This document shows, piece after piece, positions 59,700-64,000 of a stretch of DNA of 64,000 nucleotides. Every line of letters begins with the position of its first letter. Within the stretch, counting starts at the first letter, position 1. The DNA lies in NCBI GenBank assembly GCA_965218425.1, contig OZ244621.1, positions 2,720,001-2,784,000 of the forward strand, given 5' to 3'. Position numbers and translations under genes: made by a program. The DNA is from an uncultured Candidatus Binatia bacterium. GTDB lineage: Bacteria; Desulfobacterota; Binatia; UBA9968; CAXXLF01. Below the pieces are notes generated by a model that had not been told where the DNA came from, did not search any database, and saw only the letters and a list, made by a program, of their open reading frames with translations.

Positions 59700-60819
59700 C
59701 CCCTTTGTCGATTCGGGTAGAGAGCTCGAAGGGATCAGTTGTCTTAAGCGTGTGCTTGAGGGCTGCGAGCTTTTTGGGATCTCCCTTTCGGGACTCCACG
59801 ACCCGCTCAAAGGGGGTACAGGGCGTGTCATAGCGGCGAATAAGTCGAGAGCCTTTACGGATTTTGCATTGCAGTTTCATCGAGGGCTGGAACAGATTCT
59901 GGAAGATCCTAAGCTCATCATAGAGCTGGTTGGTGGACTCTTGGGCCTTTGCGGTGTCGTAGCGATCCCAGCCCATAAGCTTTCTGACATGGGTCCAGTT
60001 TTTCTGCTCGATGTGGGCGTTGTCGTCTTTTTTGTAGGGTCGCGGGCGGGTGAACTGGATAGTACGGCCAGCTGGGCGTTGTTGACAGAAAGCAAGAAGG
60101 TGGTTGTTGATGAACTCGCTGCCGTTGTCAGAGTCGATCCCCTTGAGAGGGAAAGGAAGCTGGTGTTCGATCTCGGTGACCGCATTCAAGATACCCAAGG
60201 CGCTCTTACCCATGACGGCCTTGCGCTCTACCCAGCAGGTAGCAATGTCGACACAGTCCAGGCTATGGACAAACTCCCCAACCGCTGAGGCCCCTGAGTG
60301 TGACACCAGGTCAATCTCCAGATAGCCCGGCCGGTTCACATCCCAATGATCGGTCTTAATGGGAATCATCTGCTTGAGCAGCGATCCGGGCCGAGTGGTG
60401 CCATAGAGTCGGCGTTTTACGATGTGCTTGGTTGCCCTCAGGCGCCGATCCATCTGACGGGCACTGATGGCCAGGAGCTGATCCTCTACCGATTGGGTCA
60501 GCTCGAAGTGTTGCCTTATCCAGGGCAACCAGTGCACAAGGGCGGCCTTCAGACGTTGGGAGCACAGATACCCCGAGGCCTCCCACACCTTTGCCAAAAT
60601 CCTTACCATCGCCCGACTGTATGTAGGAGAGTGTGGTGCACTCCGTTTGCGTACAGTCGTCTCGGGCAAGGGCCGGTTTAAAAGCCAGATGGCATATTTG
60701 CGGTTGTAGCCGCAAACCTTGTAGAATTCCTCTAACATCATCTTCTTCTCCGCCCGTTGTGCCTGGCGGTAACGTTCATAGATGGATCGTAAATACTCCC
60801 GCTTGGATCGTCGTGCCAT
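59700..60819 (-). pseudogene. Integrase-core (ISNCY-like) transposase, 3'-truncated
   Basis: GYLEIDLV.H, DSDNGSEF, RPYKKDDNAHIEQKN; sequence switches to the repeat C terminus at RIDK|G. Confidence 0.8.
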
Positions 60820-61110
60820 GGTGAACCCTTCCATTGTTGTCCTCCTTGAGCCCTAACATGAGCCCTTGGAGGGTTAGAATTACAAATGGCGCAACGAATG
60901 GTCTTTGGGTTAGATTATACACGGCGCAATACGGCGGGTTGACATCATAGTCCGTTATCGGATACACTCTACCCCAAAGTGAAAGACGGGCGGCCAGTTT
61001 GGACGTCCTAGCGCTCCTTGGCACTTTCGAGAGTGCGCCGATAAGTGGCCGTGCCGGGAATCCTTGGCTTCTGGCAAGCTGGACCTCAAAAGGATAGTTC
61101 CACCAATAAG

Positions 61111-62334
61111 ATGACACCGAAAAACATTGGATCGAGCTCGCTGCTTTCTTTATCTTTGGGGTGCCTCTTGATGCCCAGGAGAATGAGAGGCTTGGCCCAG
61201 AATGGTTGAGTCTGGACGGTAGCGTTGGGCTCTTCGACAATAAGGATACAGCAAGGGAAATCGGCCGTAGAAAAAGTGCTTGGCGTCAATATCACCGGCT
61301 TCCTCGATACTAGCTACACCTGGAGTTCCAATCACCCAGGCTTTGGCAATGATGATGATCTCAGTGTTAGGGTATTCGACCTGGACCATAACGAGGTCGT
61401 CTGTAATCATTTTAACCTGACCCTAGAAAGGCCTGAGTCAGAGAAAGGCTGGGGGATTGGCGGTAAATTGGTAGCCGACTTTGGTCGGACGGCGGAACTG
61501 CTTAGGGAGGCCATCTTGTGGGGTGATAAGTTACAGACAGAGCCCTCGGCAGAGTTGCGCGAGGCTTACGTGACTACTACCCTTCCCATCGGAAAGGGGC
61601 TTGGAATACAAGGGGGGCTATTCGTGACGCTCCTTGGCACCGAAATTATCCCTAACCCAGGTGCATACAACGACAACATTTCCCGATCTTTCTTGTTCGG
61701 TTTTTCAATTCCTTTTCGGCATCTCGGCGTGCTGTTCAGTTACCCGCTCCATGATACGCTCACGCTCTCGGCTGGTCCCGTTACGGGCTGGGATAATCCA
61801 CGCGATAACAACACGGTACCCACATTCCTGGGCGGGCTGACCTTCGAGCCTACGGACAATTTCTCCTTTGTCAGCAGTCTTGTCTACGGCGCAGAGCAAG
61901 ACAACAACAGCGGTCGTAAGAGGTTCGCCTCGGCGAACATCGCAAGCTATAGCCCTATTGATCCGCTGTCCTTCATCGTCGAATACACTTATGGCTATGA
62001 GGAGAAGGTAACAGCGAGCTTACGCAACGGCACATGGCAAGGAGTAGCTGGGATAGTTTCTTTCAATTGGACAGACCGCTTCAATACAGCGTTCAGGGCA
62101 GAGTTCTTCCGTGACCACGATGGCACGCGTATAGGAGGAGAAATTGTAGGGGGCCAGGCGGACGTGAAAGTGAGGGAAATCACGTTTACCGGCACCTAGA
62201 AGTTTACCGGCCAGCTATGGGGACGTTTCGAGGTGCGTCAAGACTGGTCTGACGCAAGAGTTTTCCAAGAAGGCAACACTGGGGCCGATAAGAACCAGAC
62301 AAGTATTGGCCTGCAAGCCATCTACACGTTTTAA
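61111..62334 (+). pseudogene. Outer-membrane beta-barrel porin (BBP2/DUF1597-like) with two in-frame stops
   Basis: Single frame from ATG 61111 with TGA 61207 and TAG 62197; continues KFTGQLWGRFEVRQD...QAIYTF* with terminal Phe. Confidence 0.8.
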
Positions 62335-62893
62335 TGAGAGTAACTTTAAGGCGGGGATGGACAATCATTAAAAGGTGCAAAAGGGGTACAAAAAAAGATT
62401 CTGTTGCAAGCTAAACGAAAATTACCCGTGATTTCCCATAATTTGAGCCTCAATAAGCGGATAATTCGCGTCTATGAAATCGTTGCACGCGAAATCTCCC
62501 TGTTGTGGAACCGAAATCTATCGCTTTGGCGCTCGACGTCGTCAGTACAGCCATTGCAAGCGAACATGGAGTATCCGCGCAGCAAAAAACGAGGCCGCAG
62601 ACCTTGGCGAGCTTCGCCCCGATTCGTAGAAGCAGTCTTGTTGCAGGGGCGGACTCTGAAAGATATTGCTCTGCGCCGCGGCCTTACGCCCCAAGCCATG
62701 GGTCAAACCTGATGGCTCTGAAGCCCTGTCATAAAAATAGAGCGGTCTTCCTGGATCCTCTGCTCTTTCCTGGGCGGGAGGAAGTCTGCCGCTGGTCGCA
62801 GGCCTTCAGCACCATCCCCGCACGAATACACAGGCGCATCCGCGCCTCACAGCTCACGGCGGCCGAAGCACCAACACATTGGTCTGGGAGACA

Positions 62894-64000
62894 ATGAAGA
62901 TGATCGATACTGGAAACACCGCTTTCATGCTCGTTGCGGCGAGTTTGGTCCTGATCATGACCCCTGGCCTCGCCTTCTTCTATGGCGGGCTTGTGGGTCG
63001 CAAGAACGTGCTGACCATCATGATGCAGAGCATCGTGTCCCTGGGGGTGACCACGATCCTGTGGGTCACCGTGGGTTACTCCCTTTGCTTCGGGACCGAT
63101 GTCTACGGGATCATCGGCAATCCCATCGATCACATCCTGCTGCGGAACATCGCACCCACCGATCTCTCTACCGACCTTGACATACCGGTGTTCGTCTTTG
63201 TGACCTACCAGCTGATGTTCGCCATCATTACTCCCGCCCTGATCACCGGGGCGTTCGCCAATCGGGTGCCGTTCAAGGCCTACCTGATCTTCCTGGTGGG
63301 GTGGCTGCTGTTCGTCTACTTCCCCTTTGTCCATATGATCTGGGGAGGGGGCTGGCTGGCAGATTGGGGTGTGCTCGATTTCGCCGGTGGCATCGTCGTG
63401 CACGAGCTGGCCGGCCTGGCGGCGCTCGCCACCGTGTTCGTCGTGGGCGCTCGCCAGGTCCATGATCCCGAGCCCCATAACATCCCGTTTGTCGCCCTGG
63501 GGACGGCGTTGCTGTGGTTCGGCTGGTTCGGCTTCAATGCCGGGAGCGCACTCGCCGCGAGCGGTGTCACTGGCCTCGCTTTCCTCAACACCCAGATCGG
63601 CGCCTCGTTCGCAGCGGTGACCTGGATGGCGTTCGACTGGGTCGTCAAGGGGAAACCTTCTGTGGTGGGTTTCTGTGTCGGGGCGGTGGCCGGATTGGCC
63701 ACAATCACACCGACAGCGGGTTATATTGACCCTCAAAGTGCCATGCTGCTCGGAATACTTGCCGGATCCGTGTGCTATGCTGCCGTTATCTTCCGGAAAA
63801 AGATGGACTGGGACGACGCCCTCGATGTGTGGGGGGTGCACGGTGTAGGCGGAGTGTTGGGGATCCTGTTATTGGGACTGTTTGCTACGACGGGCATGAA
63901 TGCCGCTGGTGCCGATGGTCTCTTCTTCGGAGGTCCCGAGTTCTTCTTAAAAGAACTGGTTGCCGTCCTGTTCGCCGCCGCCTGGGCCTTCGGATTCACC
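62894..64000 (+). CDS. amtB: Second ammonium transporter, partial; runs off the right edge
   Basis: MKMIDTGNTAFMLVAASLVLIMTPGLAFFYGG, DFAGGIVVH, WFGFNAGS, DDALDVWGVHG; absent from the ORF track. Confidence 0.95.
   Translation, partial: MKMIDTGNTAFMLVAASLVLIMTPGLAFFYGGLVGRKNVLTIMMQSIVSLGVTTILWVTVGYSLCFGTDVYGIIGNPIDHILLRNIAPTDLSTDLDIPVFVFVTYQLMFAIITPALITGAFANRVPFKAYLIFLVGWLLFVYFPFVHMIWGGGWLADWGVLDFAGGIVVHELAGLAALATVFVVGARQVHDPEPHNIPFVALGTALLWFGWFGFNAGSALAASGVTGLAFLNTQIGASFAAVTWMAFDWVVKGKPSVVGFCVGAVAGLATITPTAGYIDPQSAMLLGILAGSVCYAAVIFRKKMDWDDALDVWGVHGVGGVLGILLLGLFATTGMNAAGADGLFFGGPEFFLKELVAVLFAAAWAFGFT

Noticed and set aside
45062..60819. CRISPR-associated transposon (CAST)
   Set aside because: Cas3 and the adaptation genes are intact and no tnsABC/tniQ is present; nearby transposases are unrelated IS types.
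62729..63841. 370-aa minus-strand ORF
   Set aside because: Antisense to the clear amtB on the plus strand.

Overview
The window has two parts. About 1-28.9 kb looks like core chromosome of a Gram-negative bacterium, probably Deltaproteobacteria/Binatota-like (an inference from gene content only). It carries two CaiB/BaiF CoA-transferases, two UbiD-family decarboxylases, an SDR, ileS-lspA, a lipid A acyltransferase, a sigma54/NtrC-type amtB-glnA-glnB cluster, ispH, a TRAP SBP, AsmA, a heterodimeric ABC exporter, an aminopeptidase and a Mut7-C RNase. This part ends at an apparently intact 270-nt group I intron joined to the 3' half of tRNA-Asn(GUU); the 5' half of that tRNA is missing except for the bases that form P1. 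About 28.9-61 kb is a mosaic accessory/defence island. It holds PadR, Fic, an Abi pseudogene, a repeat-expanded TonB, Sel1, a PLP decarboxylase, DUF4268, a complete Myxan/Cmx8-type I-B CRISPR-Cas locus (16 repeats, with a hidden cas11), IS3, and IS256/IS91/MobQ remnants. The cargo blocks are separated by about 14 dispersed pieces of a GGGGTCA...TGACCCC-bounded RAYT-like (HUH Y1) element, some fused to an IS110 5' end. The window ends with a porin pseudogene and a second, partial amtB. Repeat-copy coordinates were read by eye and are approximate.
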